Of a stretch of 64,000 bases of DNA, positions 1-9,977 are shown in pieces. A program made the translations under genes and the position numbers. The stretch is from an uncultured Gemmatimonadota bacterium (GTDB lineage Bacteria > GCA-2686955), in NCBI GenBank assembly GCA_964490075.1, contig CAZBBK010000028.1, positions 1 to 64,000 on the forward strand, written 5' to 3'. The notes beneath the pieces are model-generated. The model had not been told where the DNA came from. It saw only the letters and a program-made list of their open reading frames with translations, and searched no databases. Every line of letters begins with the position of its first letter. Position 1 is the first letter of the stretch.

Positions 1-146
1 TAGGGTAGGATGTAGGTCCAAGATGCGCGTCATCAGCCGGGGGGACCGGTGGACGAGGCGTGATCGATCGCGAAAATGTGTTGCGGCCACGGGCGGCGCC
101 GCGCACCTCGTGGCACGGCCGTCCGCGATGCTCTCTGGAGAAGCCG

Positions 147-623
147 ATGGCACTCGACGATTCCCAATTCACCCCTTCGTCGGAGCCGCGCGTGCCACGC
201 GCCGGATGTCGGCCCACGGGTCGTTCGCGGGATTTGTTGCGCGAGCACGCCGGCCGCTGGTTGGATGAATGGTCGGCGCTGGAGCAGCTGGGCGCGGAGC
301 TCGAGGCGCTCGAGGCGCGGGCGCGGGAGCGGATGAAGGAGGCGATGCAGCGGGCGTCGGAGGCGGGGGCGGTCGAAGAGGACCGGCTGGCCGCATCGCC
401 GCTCGCCGCCCGGCACGGGGCGCGCATGAGTGAGCTGCGCGCGGGGGTGGCGCGGCGCGACGTGCTGCTGGCGCGGCGCGATCTGGGCGAGGTGTCGCGG
501 GCGCGCAAAGGTCTGGAGCGCAGCAAGCGCGACGTGCTGCTGAGAGTGCGGCAGCTCGAAGGGTTGCTGGGCGAGTCGATCGAGCTCGCTCCCGGCGGCG
601 CGGTGGTGCAGCAGCTGGGGTAG
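147..623 (+). CDS. Hypothetical coiled-coil protein (~158 aa)
   Basis: ORF 60..623. ATG at 147 follows GGAG (137-140). Heptad-like E/A/L/R-rich helices (LEQLGAELEALEARARERMKEAMQ). No recognised family motif. Confidence 0.6.
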   Translation: MALDDSQFTPSSEPRVPRAGCRPTGRSRDLLREHAGRWLDEWSALEQLGAELEALEARARERMKEAMQRASEAGAVEEDRLAASPLAARHGARMSELRAGVARRDVLLARRDLGEVSRARKGLERSKRDVLLRVRQLEGLLGESIELAPGGAVVQQLG

Positions 624-677
624 TACGGCGGCCGCGCGAGCGGTTGCACGGAAGCCTGAGCAGGACATGCGCCTTGT

Positions 678-1715
678 GTGTACTTCGCACATCGCCTCCG
701 CGGCTTTGTGCCGCGCCCATGGCGATGCCGACGTGATGGGCGTAACCACTTTCACTCCAACCCGAAAGCGCCCTTGTCCGTGCAATTCCGAGGTCCCGAG
801 CCCTCGCTGCGTCTGGCCGCCGGCGAGGATCTCCAGCGCCAGGCTCTGGCCCAGGCCGCGCGTGGCTGCGTGGAGCGCGCCGGCCGCACCGCCGCCGACT
901 TCGAGCTGCTGGAGGCACAGCTCCACGACTCGGCCGTGGTCGGTGTGGCGGCGGTGGCGGAGCTGCTGGCGCGGATCGTGCGCGACGCCGGCACCCTGGC
1001 GACCGCGCTGCACCGGCGAATCATCGACGCGACGCAGATCGAGCCCTTCGTGCGTGTGCTCGATCCCTGGGTGATGGCCGCGTCGGCGGCGCGGGCGATG
1101 CAGGAGCGTCCGCCGCGGACTCCGGTGGCGGGTTGGGCGGCGCGTTCGTTGCGCGGTCCGGCCTACGGACCGGAGCCGCTCGGGGAGCACGTCGATCGTT
1201 GGCTGCGCGACACGGCGCTGGCGCACGCGGTCCAGGGCGGCGTCGACTGGTTGGAGCGGGCGCTGGTCGACACGCTGCGCGGGCGTCCCGGGGCGCGTGA
1301 GCTGACGGTCCGCCTGACGGCGGGAGCCGGCCCGCTCTCGCCCCTGCTGGCGCGCTCGCTGGGCGGCGCCTGCGGGCGGCCGCTGCGCATCGGCCTGTTC
1401 TCCGACGCGGTCCCGGATCCCGACGTGATCATCGGTTTCGGTGATCTCGACGAGGTGGCCGACGTCGACGCCTTGGCGATGCTCGACGCGGTGCACGCGG
1501 CGCTGCGCCCGGGCGGGACCTTCGCCCACGTCGGGCTGCCCGAGGCCGGCGCCATGGCCGGCTTCGCGGAGCTCTTCCTGGACTGGCCCCGCGGCGGACG
1601 CCCCGCCGGCGACACCGGGGCCTTGCTGGCGGCCAGCGCCTTCGGAACCGGCGGGCGGATCGCCGGTGAAGACGGGGCGCCGATTCCGCGCTTGCTCGCC
1701 CGCCGCCGGGATTGA
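678..1715 (+). CDS. Class I SAM-methyltransferase-fold protein, degenerate PhcB-like; start uncertain
   Basis: C-terminal DVIIGFGDLDEV...LDAVHAALRPGGTFAHVG...FAELFLDWP resembles the end of PhcB-type methyltransferases. The N-terminal ~30 codons look non-coding, so the real start may be near 774-780. Confidence 0.55.
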   Translation: MYFAHRLRGFVPRPWRCRRDGRNHFHSNPKAPLSVQFRGPEPSLRLAAGEDLQRQALAQAARGCVERAGRTAADFELLEAQLHDSAVVGVAAVAELLARIVRDAGTLATALHRRIIDATQIEPFVRVLDPWVMAASAARAMQERPPRTPVAGWAARSLRGPAYGPEPLGEHVDRWLRDTALAHAVQGGVDWLERALVDTLRGRPGARELTVRLTAGAGPLSPLLARSLGGACGRPLRIGLFSDAVPDPDVIIGFGDLDEVADVDALAMLDAVHAALRPGGTFAHVGLPEAGAMAGFAELFLDWPRGGRPAGDTGALLAASAFGTGGRIAGEDGAPIPRLLARRRD

Positions 1716-1846
1716 AGAAGCCGGGGAGCGGGCGCTGCCACGAGAGTGGGAGGGACGCCGGTTCCGAAGGCGCTGTCGCGGGAGTGGCCGAGCCGAGAGG
1801 CGAGATCGGCGTATGATGCCGGGTCGGAATCGTTGCGCGGACCCTT

Positions 1847-2821
1847 ATGAACAACCCCAAAGACGGCGCTCGCCTGCTGCCCGAGGTGCGCGACCTCGAC
1901 GAGTACCGCCGGGTGTTTCACGATTCCCGCATCTGGGGACCGGCGCTGGGGGCGATCGCCGAGCGTCATCGCTTGGCGAAGCTGCCGCGGCGGCGGGTGC
2001 AGGAGGGCACCCATATCGTGGCGCTGCTGGGCGACCGCTTCGCGATCAAGCTCTTCACGCCGCTCTTCCCGCGCGACGCCGCCGTGGAGCTGGCGGCGAT
2101 GGAGACCCTGGGAGGGAGATTGCCGGTGCCGACGCCGGCGCTGGTGGCGAGGGGGGAGCTGGACGGGTGGGAATACGTGGTGATGACGCAGATCCACGGG
2201 CGGGCGGTCGGCGATCTCTGGCCCGATCTTGCGCCGCCCGACCGGTGCCGGATCGCGGGCGGGATCGGGCGCCTGATCGCGGCCCAGCACGCCCTGCCGC
2301 CCACCGATGCTCCGGTGCTGCAGCGCGACTGGGGGGACTTCGTCGCGGCGCAAAGCGCGTCGGCGGCGCAGCGCCAGCGGGAGAGCGGCTTGCCCGAGGA
2401 GTTGGCGGCGGGGATTCCGGGCTGCCTGGAGGCGGTGGCCGGGCTCGACCGGCCGGGCGAGCCGCCGGTGCTGCTGCACGCCGACCTCACCCACGAGCAT
2501 GTGTTGCTGGAAATGCGTGGGGGGGAGTGGGAGATCAGCGGCTACCTGGATTTCGGCGACGCCTTCGTCGGGCCGCGGGAGTACGAGCTGCCGGCGCCGG
2601 GGCTGTTGATCGTACGCGGCGAGGCGGGGCCGCTGGCGGCCTTGGTGAGTGGGGCGGGGATTCGGGAAGAGGCCCTCGGACCGGGGCTGCGACGTCGGCT
2701 GATGGCCTACACCCTGCTCCATCGCTACGCCGACCTGGAGTGGATCCGGCACTGGATTCCCGGGGCGGAGCGGGCGCGGGATCTGGATGCTCTGGCGGAG
2801 TGTTTCTGGCCCTTGGCATGA
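1847..2821 (+). CDS. Aminoglycoside phosphotransferase / choline kinase-like family protein
   Basis: AIKLF lysine, Brenner-type LLHADLTHEHVL motif, YLDFGDA metal-binding motif. TATGAT -10-like hexamer at 1812-1817. Confidence 0.85.
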   Translation: MNNPKDGARLLPEVRDLDEYRRVFHDSRIWGPALGAIAERHRLAKLPRRRVQEGTHIVALLGDRFAIKLFTPLFPRDAAVELAAMETLGGRLPVPTPALVARGELDGWEYVVMTQIHGRAVGDLWPDLAPPDRCRIAGGIGRLIAAQHALPPTDAPVLQRDWGDFVAAQSASAAQRQRESGLPEELAAGIPGCLEAVAGLDRPGEPPVLLHADLTHEHVLLEMRGGEWEISGYLDFGDAFVGPREYELPAPGLLIVRGEAGPLAALVSGAGIREEALGPGLRRRLMAYTLLHRYADLEWIRHWIPGAERARDLDALAECFWPLA

Positions 2822-2842
2822 GCCGCCGCCGGGCGAGCGAAG

Positions 2843-2871
2843 TTGAGCCGCGCGTGCGCTTCGGCTACCGT
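2843..2871 (+). promoter_or_regulatory. Putative sigma70-type promoter of the pnt operon
   Basis: TTGAGC (2843-2848), 17-nt spacer, TACCGT (2866-2871), 46 nt before the pntAA ATG. Confidence 0.5.
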
Positions 2872-2917
2872 CCCCGGCGAGATTCCACCGCCGAACCCGA
2901 CCCCATTGGAGCTGCGA

Positions 2918-4051
2918 ATGCCGACACTCTTCATTCCCCGGGAGCGCGAGGCGGGCGAAACCCGCGTCGCCGCGACTCCCGAAACCGTGCGCCGCTATGT
3001 CAAGAAGGGGATCGCGGTGCGTGTCGAGGCCGGGGCGGGAGCCGGTGCGCACCTGCCCGACGAGCTCTTCGCCGAGGCGGGGGCCGAGATCGTCGGCGAC
3101 GCGGCGGCTGGCTACGCGGGCGCTGACATGGTCCTGAAGGTCGGCGCGCCGGATCCCGACGAGACCGCATCGATCGCCGAGGGGACGCTGCTGGCGGCGC
3201 ACCTGTGGCCCCTGAACGACGGCGCCGCGACCCGCCGCCTGGCGGAGCGCAAGGTGACCGGCTTCTCGATGGACCGGCTGCCGCGCATCACCCGGGCGCA
3301 GAAGATGGATTCCTTGAGCTCTCAGAGCAACATCGCCGGCTACAAGGCGGTGCTGCTGGGAGCCGATGCGCTGCCGCGTCTCTTCCCGCTCTTGATGACC
3401 GCGGCCGGCACCATCACACCGGCCAAGGTGGTGATCATGGGGGCCGGAGTGGCCGGCCTGCAGGCGATCGCCACCGCCAAGCGCCTGGGCGCGGTGGTGG
3501 AGGTGAGCGACATCCGGCCGGCGGTGAAAGAGCAGGTGGAGAGCCTGGGCGGGCGTTTCATCGAGGTCGAGACCGACGAGTCGCTCGAGGACGAAGGGGG
3601 CTACGCCAAGGAGGCCTCGGCGGAGTTCCTGGCGCGCCAGCAGGCGGTGATTCGAGAGCACGTGGTGGCCGCCGACGTGGTCATCACCACCGCTTTGGTG
3701 CCGGGCAAGAGGGCGCCGGTGCTGATCACCGACGACATGGTTCGCGAGATGCGCCCGGGATCGGTGATCGTCGACCTGGCGGTCGAGCAGGGCGGCAACT
3801 GCGAGGGAAGTGTCGCCGGCGAGGTGGTCGAAGCGCACGGCGTGACCCTGATCGGCCATCGCAACCTGCCGGCCATGGTGCCCTATCATTCGAGCGACGT
3901 CTACGCACGCAACATGCTGGCGGTGGTGGAGCATTTCTGCCCCGAAGGCGACATCGTGCTCGACTTCGACGACGAGATTACCGGCGGCGCCGTGGTGACC
4001 CACGCCGGCGAGCTGCGCATCGAGCTGCCGCCCGCGACCGAGGAGACCTGA
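2918..4051 (+). CDS. pntAA: NAD(P) transhydrogenase subunit alpha part 1 (domain I)
   Basis: PREREAGETRVAATPET, PRITRAQKMDSLSSQSNIAGYKAV, GAGVAGLQAIATAKRLGA, EGGYAKE, DLAVEQGGNC. ATG at 2918 after GGAG. Confidence 0.95.
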   Translation: MPTLFIPREREAGETRVAATPETVRRYVKKGIAVRVEAGAGAGAHLPDELFAEAGAEIVGDAAAGYAGADMVLKVGAPDPDETASIAEGTLLAAHLWPLNDGAATRRLAERKVTGFSMDRLPRITRAQKMDSLSSQSNIAGYKAVLLGADALPRLFPLLMTAAGTITPAKVVIMGAGVAGLQAIATAKRLGAVVEVSDIRPAVKEQVESLGGRFIEVETDESLEDEGGYAKEASAEFLARQQAVIREHVVAADVVITTALVPGKRAPVLITDDMVREMRPGSVIVDLAVEQGGNCEGSVAGEVVEAHGVTLIGHRNLPAMVPYHSSDVYARNMLAVVEHFCPEGDIVLDFDDEITGGAVVTHAGELRIELPPATEET

Positions 4052-4054
4052 CCC

Positions 4055-4342
4055 GTGCTTTCTCCCCTGATGATCGGCTTCTACGTGTTCGTTCTGGCCA
4101 TCTTCGTTGGCTTCGAGCTGATCACCAAAGTGCCGCCTACGCTGCACACGCCCTTGATGTCCGGTGCCAACGCGATTTCCGGAATCACCATCGTCGGCGC
4201 GCTGGAATGCGCGCGTGTCGTAGGCGACCCCACGGTGGCCAACTACATCGGCTTCTTCGCGGTGGTGATGGCGATGATCAACGTGGTGGGCGGATTCCTG
4301 GTCACCGACCGCATGCTCAAGATGTTCGGAAAGAAAGGCTAG
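4055..4342 (+). CDS. pntAB: NAD(P) transhydrogenase subunit alpha part 2 (membrane)
   Basis: KVPPTLHTPLMSGANAISGI and INVVGGFLVTDRMLKMF signatures. Confidence 0.95.
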   Translation: MLSPLMIGFYVFVLAIFVGFELITKVPPTLHTPLMSGANAISGITIVGALECARVVGDPTVANYIGFFAVVMAMINVVGGFLVTDRMLKMFGKKG

Positions 4343-4345
4343 GCC

Positions 4346-5749
4346 GTGGAAACTCTGATCCATGTCGCCTATCTGGTGGCGTCGGTACTCTTCATCCTCG
4401 GGCTGAAGCAGCTCGCCAACGTCAGAAAATCACGCCAGGGCAACACTCTGGCCGCGGCCGCCATGGCCCTGGCGATCATTGCCGCGCTGGTCGATCTGGG
4501 CACCGTCGACTACACCTTTATCCTCGCGGGGATCGTGGTCGGCTCGGCGATCGGCGCGGTGGCGGCGCTCAAGGTCGAGATGACCGCCATGCCGCAGATG
4601 GTGGCGATCTTCAACGGCATGGGGGGCGGTGGCTCGTTGCTGGTGGGGATCTCCTATTTCTGGGGACGAGCCGGAGACGGATCCGGGCCGCTGGCTGGCG
4701 TGTTCGGCAGCGATGTCGGCGTGACCCTGGTGCTTTCGGTCCTGGTCGGCGGGGTGACGCTATCTGGATCGCTGATCGCATTCGCCAAGCTGCAGGATCT
4801 GATGACCGGGCGCCCGGTGCAGTTCCCCGGGCAGAAAGTGTTCAATGCGCTGGCGTTGGCCGCCTCGCTGGCGATCGGCGGCTGGTTGCTCTTCGTCGGC
4901 GGTGGCGCCGGCGTTGGTCAGACGGCTCTGGTGGTGACCGCGGTGGTGGCGCTGGTGCTCGGCGTGACGCTGGTGCTGCCGATCGGCGGCGCCGACATGC
5001 CGGTGGTGATCTCGCTGCTCAACTCCTACTCCGGTGTCGCGGCGTCGATGACCGGCTTTGTGCTGCAGAACAACCTGTTGATCATCAGCGGTGCTTTCGT
5101 CGGTGCGGCCGGGCTGATCTTGACGCAGATCATGTGCAAGGCGATGAACCGCTCGCTGGCCAACGTGCTCTTCGGTGGAGTGGGGGCCGAGATCGCCGGC
5201 GGCGGCGGTGAGTACACCAATGTGAAAGAGGCCGGCGCGGAAGAGGCGGCGATGATCCTGGAGTCGGTCTCGTCGGTGATCGTGGTGCCGGGCTACGGGC
5301 TGGCGGTGGCCCAGGCGCAGCACGTGATCCGTGAGATGGCCGAGCTGCTGGAGGCCAACGGGGCAACGGTGCGCTACGGCATCCACCCGGTGGCGGGGCG
5401 CATGCCGGGACACATGAACGTGCTCCTGGCCGAGGCCAACGTGCCCTATGAGTCGCTCTTCGAGATGGACCAGATCAACGGCGACTTCAAGAACACCGAA
5501 GCGGTGATGGTGGTGGGCGCCAACGACGTGGTCAATCCGGGCGCGTTGCACGACGAGTCGAGCCCGATCTACGGCATGCCGATCCTGACGGTGCATGAGG
5601 CGCAAACGGTTTTCGTGCTGAAACGCAGCCTCGCGGCCGGCTTCGCCGGGATCAAGAACGAGCTCTTCGAGGCACCGAATACGCTGATGGTCTACGGCGA
5701 CGCCAAGAAGACGATCACCAAGGTGGTGGAGGAGCTGAAGGCGTCATAG
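4346..5749 (+). CDS. pntB: NAD(P) transhydrogenase subunit beta
   Basis: EMTAMPQMVA, IGGADMPVVISLLNSYSG, VPGYGLAVAQAQH, HPVAGRMPGHMNVLLAEA, GANDVVNP. Confidence 0.97.
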   Translation: METLIHVAYLVASVLFILGLKQLANVRKSRQGNTLAAAAMALAIIAALVDLGTVDYTFILAGIVVGSAIGAVAALKVEMTAMPQMVAIFNGMGGGGSLLVGISYFWGRAGDGSGPLAGVFGSDVGVTLVLSVLVGGVTLSGSLIAFAKLQDLMTGRPVQFPGQKVFNALALAASLAIGGWLLFVGGGAGVGQTALVVTAVVALVLGVTLVLPIGGADMPVVISLLNSYSGVAASMTGFVLQNNLLIISGAFVGAAGLILTQIMCKAMNRSLANVLFGGVGAEIAGGGGEYTNVKEAGAEEAAMILESVSSVIVVPGYGLAVAQAQHVIREMAELLEANGATVRYGIHPVAGRMPGHMNVLLAEANVPYESLFEMDQINGDFKNTEAVMVVGANDVVNPGALHDESSPIYGMPILTVHEAQTVFVLKRSLAAGFAGIKNELFEAPNTLMVYGDAKKTITKVVEELKAS

Positions 5750-5763
5750 TGCGGAGAGCTACG

Positions 5764-7467
5764 ATGGCGCGCGGCCGGCGGCATTGGATCGGCGGCGTGC
5801 TGGTGGCGTTCGCGCTGCTGCAGGCCTGGAGCTGGCGGCCCGGGGCGGCCTGGAGGCTGGTGGGTCGGCTCGGGATGGATCGCTCCCAGGTGGCTCGTGC
5901 CCGCTGGTCCTGGGACGCCGGGCCGACGGTGGCGCTGTCTGGAATCTCCGTGGCGTCGGATGGATGGGCGCTGCGGGCCGGGGCGGCGCGCGTAGGGGTG
6001 GCGTTCGGGCCGCTGGTGCTGGGACGGATGCGGCCCTCCGAGGTGCAGATCGACTCCCCGCGGCTGACGGTCGACCTGAGAGCGCCGGAGCGCGCGGCGC
6101 CCGATGCCCGGATCGGGGCGGGCGCCCTGCCACTGGCGATCGCCGAGGCCGAGCTCGAAGCGAGATGGGGCGCCTTCGCCTACGGTTTGCCGGGGCACTG
6201 GCGCGGGACCGGGCGGTGGTCCGCGGAGGGTCTCGTGCTGGCCGAGCTGAGCGCGGAGCGGGGGACGGTGGAGGAGCTCGACCTGGCCCCGGGGGAGTGG
6301 GCGCTGCGTGGGCTGCGGGTCTCGGGGGGGGATTCCGATTGGCGCGCCGAGGGGCGCCTCGGGAGTGAGGTCGGCCGGATCGAGGCCGCGGGCAGCGCGG
6401 CGGATATCCCCTGGTCCGCGCGGGCGGTGTTGGCCCTGCGGCCGGCCGGATGGTTGGTCGATAGCCTGGTGGTAGAGCCCGGGGATGTGCGCTGGGAGGT
6501 GTGGCGGAGCGGCGGCGGTGGGGGCGCGGAGCGCTACGCGGCGCGCCTGAGAGCGACCAGCCAGGCGCAGCTCGCGACGCAGCTGGCGTGGCTCCCACGA
6601 GTCCTGGAGCGCAGTCCGGCGGCACTGGTGGCGCATCTGGATGCGGAGCCCTGCAGCCTCGCCGAGGGTGAGACCTGGGGGCCGGTGTCGGTCGACTGCC
6701 GAGCAGACGGCGGCGGCGCTTCGCGCGGCGTGCTGGCGGGGCCGGGGCTCGAGCTCGACTGGCGATTGCCGGCGGGTGGGGACGGGAGCGCGACCGCGGT
6801 GCTCGACGGCGTTCCGCTCTCGGGCGTCGGACCCTTGACCGGCGTGGCTTCGGGGATTCTGCGCGCCTCGACCGAGAGCTCCGGCGGATGGAAGGTGGAA
6901 GGCGAGCTCGAGCTGAGCGCGGGCGACCTGGCAGCGACCCCCCTGGGCGTCGCGCTGCGGCGCGCGCTGCCGGGACTGGGAGCGGGCGGGCCCGCCTTCG
7001 AGCGGATCGCCGGACACCTGAGCATCCGCGACAGGGGCGCGGGCGCGGCGCCGGCCTGGCGGGTGAGCTCGCTGGCCTTCGAGGGAGCGGACTGCCACTT
7101 CCGCGGGGCGGTGTCCTGCGCCGACTCGCTCGAGGGGCGGCTCGAGGGCGGCTTCTTCGGTGCACCGGCACGCGCGCTGGCCGACGTGGCCGGCCTGGGA
7201 CCGGTGTTGCTCGATTCGGGCGGCGAGCTGCGCGGTACCATCCGGCTCGGCGGGAGCTGGCGGGCGCCGACGGTGGCCTGGAAGGGCTCGGCGCGAGCCG
7301 ATTCGGTGCTGCAAGCCTGGACGCAGGATCGAACCCGAGCCTTGCAGCGTTCACTGGAAGCCGCCCTCGGGCTCGGCGAGGGCGGGCTCGATGATCCGCT
7401 CGAGCAACCGACTCTGGAGCGGGTGACGGAGCTGCTCGGTCAGATGCGCAGTGCGCGGAGGCGGTAG
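5764..7467 (+). CDS. AsmA-like envelope protein
   Basis: N-terminal membrane anchor, then beta-rich repeats (RPSEVQIDSPRLTVDL), C-terminal FERIAGHLSIRD...LEGRLEG...IRLGGSWRAPTV typical of the AsmA-like C-terminal region. Confidence 0.55.
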   Translation: MARGRRHWIGGVLVAFALLQAWSWRPGAAWRLVGRLGMDRSQVARARWSWDAGPTVALSGISVASDGWALRAGAARVGVAFGPLVLGRMRPSEVQIDSPRLTVDLRAPERAAPDARIGAGALPLAIAEAELEARWGAFAYGLPGHWRGTGRWSAEGLVLAELSAERGTVEELDLAPGEWALRGLRVSGGDSDWRAEGRLGSEVGRIEAAGSAADIPWSARAVLALRPAGWLVDSLVVEPGDVRWEVWRSGGGGGAERYAARLRATSQAQLATQLAWLPRVLERSPAALVAHLDAEPCSLAEGETWGPVSVDCRADGGGASRGVLAGPGLELDWRLPAGGDGSATAVLDGVPLSGVGPLTGVASGILRASTESSGGWKVEGELELSAGDLAATPLGVALRRALPGLGAGGPAFERIAGHLSIRDRGAGAAPAWRVSSLAFEGADCHFRGAVSCADSLEGRLEGGFFGAPARALADVAGLGPVLLDSGGELRGTIRLGGSWRAPTVAWKGSARADSVLQAWTQDRTRALQRSLEAALGLGEGGLDDPLEQPTLERVTELLGQMRSARRR

Positions 7468-7504
7468 TACGTCCCGAATCAGAATCGCCGCTCCAGGAGC
7501 ACGG

Positions 7505-9949
7505 TCAGCCGCCCTCCCGCTCCGCGAAGCGCACCGCCCAGCCGACGACCTCCCGGGTGGGATCGAGGACCAGCCGCAGCACCTCGCCCTGCTGCTCCAT
7601 GGCCAGCTCGGCGCCTCGGGCGCCGAGGTCGGAGGGCACGAAGCCGGCCGGCAGATGGATCGCGATCCCTTCGCGATAGCCCGGCACCGCCTTCTGCTTC
7701 GCGGCGAGCACCCGGCGGGTTTTGTCCCAGCGCAACGAGAGCAGCTCGGCGCCGCCCATCGTGACGTGCCGGTCCGAGCCCAGGTAGCAGGGACGCGGAG
7801 GGTCGGGCAGGGGGCGCAGCGCCACCAGCTTGCAGTCCCTGGGCTCGACCTCTGTCTCGATCCGTCCGCTCACCACCCCGAGCAGCTCGCCGCTCCAGAA
7901 TTCGTAAGCGAGATGGGGATCGCTCGGATCGAGCCCGAGGTCGGCCAGATCGCGGCTCACGACGCGCGCCGCCTCCTCGATCGGCTCGCGCTCTACCAAG
8001 TCGCGGTTGCGCCCCCAGTTGAAGAGCCCGACCACGTTCCACCCGCCCCATCCTCGCTCCAGGCGCATATTCCAGACTTCGGGCAGGTCGCGCTCGAAGA
8101 GGTCGACCGGCCGGGACAGCTCGGGATCGACCACCGGCAACACTTTGTGGATCACGTCGACCTGCTCCGGGGTCATCTCGAGCACCTTGTCGCCGAGCTT
8201 CACGATCCCTCCCATCAGGCCGATCGCGCTGGTCCAGGTGCGCGACTCGGTGGCGGTGGCCGGCTCGCGGAAGAAGATCACGTCGGGGTGGTTGATCCAC
8301 AAATTGCGGTGCATCCAGTAACGCCGGGCGGACACCCGGTAGGTGGCGGTCACCGACTGCTCGCCGAGCCGGTTGGCTCCGTCGATGCGCCATCTTGGTG
8401 TGTTGTCGAGAGTGAGGCGGGCGCCGTCGGCAAGGTCGCTGATCAACAGCCCGGGTGCCACCTCGAGAAGAAAGGTGTTGTCACCACAGCCCTCGCGCGC
8501 CGCCACGCTCAGGCTGCGATATGCCTCCTCGCGGGTGACATTTGGATCGTAGTGCCCATCACCGAAGAGCGTCCAGTAGCCGAAGTCCAGCTTGATCCAC
8601 TTGTAACCCCACTGCTGGGCCAACTTGTGTAGCAGGCTACGGGTCCAGTCCTGGACCTCGGGGTTCGATCCATCGAGGATGCCCCACTCTTCGGGGATCG
8701 CCAGTCGCCCCAGCGCGCTCTTGCGCAGGAACCACTCCGGGTGTTCCCGGTAGAGACCGGATTCGAGATCGGCCACGTGGGGGGCGATCCAGAGCCCCGG
8801 GATCATGTCGCGGGCGCGAATCTCCTCCGCCAGCCAGGCCATACCGTGCGGGAAATCGTCGTTGGCCTCCCAGTCCCCTTCGGTAATCTCCCATCCGTCG
8901 TCGACCTGGAAGTAGTCCATGCCCCAGTCGCGGAAGTTCTCGGCCATGAAATCGAGCGAGGCCAGCATCAGCTCCTCGTTGATGTTGGTGCCGTAGCCTC
9001 CTTCGCCCGAGCCGCCCCCCCAGGAGTTCCAGCCGGTCGGCACCGGCGCGGGCCATTGCGGCCGGCCCTGGGTGAGGGCGCGGCGCCGCGCGTATTCCTC
9101 CAGGCCTTCGTGCGCCGAGTCGCTGATCGGATCGAGGCAGAGCCAGCCCGACTCGATCGTCTCGCCGGCTCGCACCCGCTTGGCGGGATTGAAGGGGACC
9201 TTGGCGGAGAAGAGCGAGAAGCCGCGGCGTCCCGTGGGGCGGTCGATCGGCGGCGCCGGCGGGTTGGCCATTGTGCGCAGCGCGGGTACGCCGTAGCGGT
9301 TGGTCAGAAAGCCCGCCACCAGGGTGGCGTCACTTTCGAGATCGTGGAAGGCCAGCACCCAGTTGGCCCAGGTCGGCGTGGTGCCTGCCACGACCCGGGT
9401 CAGGTAGTCGGCGAAGCGCAGCGTGCCGTGCTCGAGCAGGCGCTGAGAGCCGGGCTTCTCGCCCACGTAGAGCGCGCCCTGCCGAAGCTGTTCGGCGCGT
9501 GCCGGCCAAATATCCCAGACCCGGAAGGGAAGAAGGGGTCCGGCGCTCGCCGCCGCCCGCACGCGTACGAACTCAGCGCCCTCGTTCAGACGCCAGGTCA
9601 GATCGAGATCGGGCACCCCGGGCAGGCCGGTGTAGTGGGTGACGAGCTGGGCTCCGGCGCCGAACTGATCGGTGAAGTCGGAGCGCTCGAAGCGCACCAC
9701 CGGATAGGCCGAGCTGCTCGTCGTGACCGGCAGGGGCCCGTGGCTCCAGCGCAAGGCCGCGTGCGCCGCGGCCACGATCACCTCGCCCCTGTCTTCGCGA
9801 AACAGCGACCAGGTCCCGGTCAGTGGGCTGGCCTGGATTCGCAGCACTCCGTTGGAGAGCTGCTCCGGCGCCGCCAGGGCGGGGGACTGCGAGGACCACA
9901 GGATCACCAGAAGCGACAGAGCCGCGCGGCCGATGCGATGGCGAGACAT
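7505..9949 (-). CDS. Secreted alpha-galactosidase-like glycoside hydrolase (GH36, clan GH-D)
   Basis: Signal peptide ending ALA-APE; TGWNSW, YFQVDDGW, FPHGM, PGLWIAP, WIKLDF (nucleophile), WINHPD motifs. Confidence 0.85.
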   Translation of the reverse strand: MSRHRIGRAALSLLVILWSSQSPALAAPEQLSNGVLRIQASPLTGTWSLFREDRGEVIVAAAHAALRWSHGPLPVTTSSSAYPVVRFERSDFTDQFGAGAQLVTHYTGLPGVPDLDLTWRLNEGAEFVRVRAAASAGPLLPFRVWDIWPARAEQLRQGALYVGEKPGSQRLLEHGTLRFADYLTRVVAGTTPTWANWVLAFHDLESDATLVAGFLTNRYGVPALRTMANPPAPPIDRPTGRRGFSLFSAKVPFNPAKRVRAGETIESGWLCLDPISDSAHEGLEEYARRRALTQGRPQWPAPVPTGWNSWGGGSGEGGYGTNINEELMLASLDFMAENFRDWGMDYFQVDDGWEITEGDWEANDDFPHGMAWLAEEIRARDMIPGLWIAPHVADLESGLYREHPEWFLRKSALGRLAIPEEWGILDGSNPEVQDWTRSLLHKLAQQWGYKWIKLDFGYWTLFGDGHYDPNVTREEAYRSLSVAAREGCGDNTFLLEVAPGLLISDLADGARLTLDNTPRWRIDGANRLGEQSVTATYRVSARRYWMHRNLWINHPDVIFFREPATATESRTWTSAIGLMGGIVKLGDKVLEMTPEQVDVIHKVLPVVDPELSRPVDLFERDLPEVWNMRLERGWGGWNVVGLFNWGRNRDLVEREPIEEAARVVSRDLADLGLDPSDPHLAYEFWSGELLGVVSGRIETEVEPRDCKLVALRPLPDPPRPCYLGSDRHVTMGGAELLSLRWDKTRRVLAAKQKAVPGYREGIAIHLPAGFVPSDLGARGAELAMEQQGEVLRLVLDPTREVVGWAVRFAEREGG

Positions 9950-9977
9950 GTGCCCCCCTTTGGGCGTCGTTGGACGA

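Noticed and set aside
1-20. TAGG repeated three times at the window start
   Set aside because: Too short, truncated by the window edge and not seen elsewhere; cannot support a REP or telomere-like call.
1847-2821. Aminoglycoside resistance gene
   Set aside because: APH-fold motifs alone do not establish antibiotic specificity, and there is no mobile context.
1163-4363. 1066-aa minus-strand ORF and many similar long antisense or shifted ORFs (e.g. 14634..17390, 9723..12146, 58025..60418)
   Set aside because: They are shadows of well-supported genes on the other strand or frame, expected in high-GC DNA where stop codons are rare, and they carry no family motifs.
2918-5749. Split alpha subunit of the transhydrogenase
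   Set aside because: The three-gene pntAA-pntAB-pntB organisation is common and well described.
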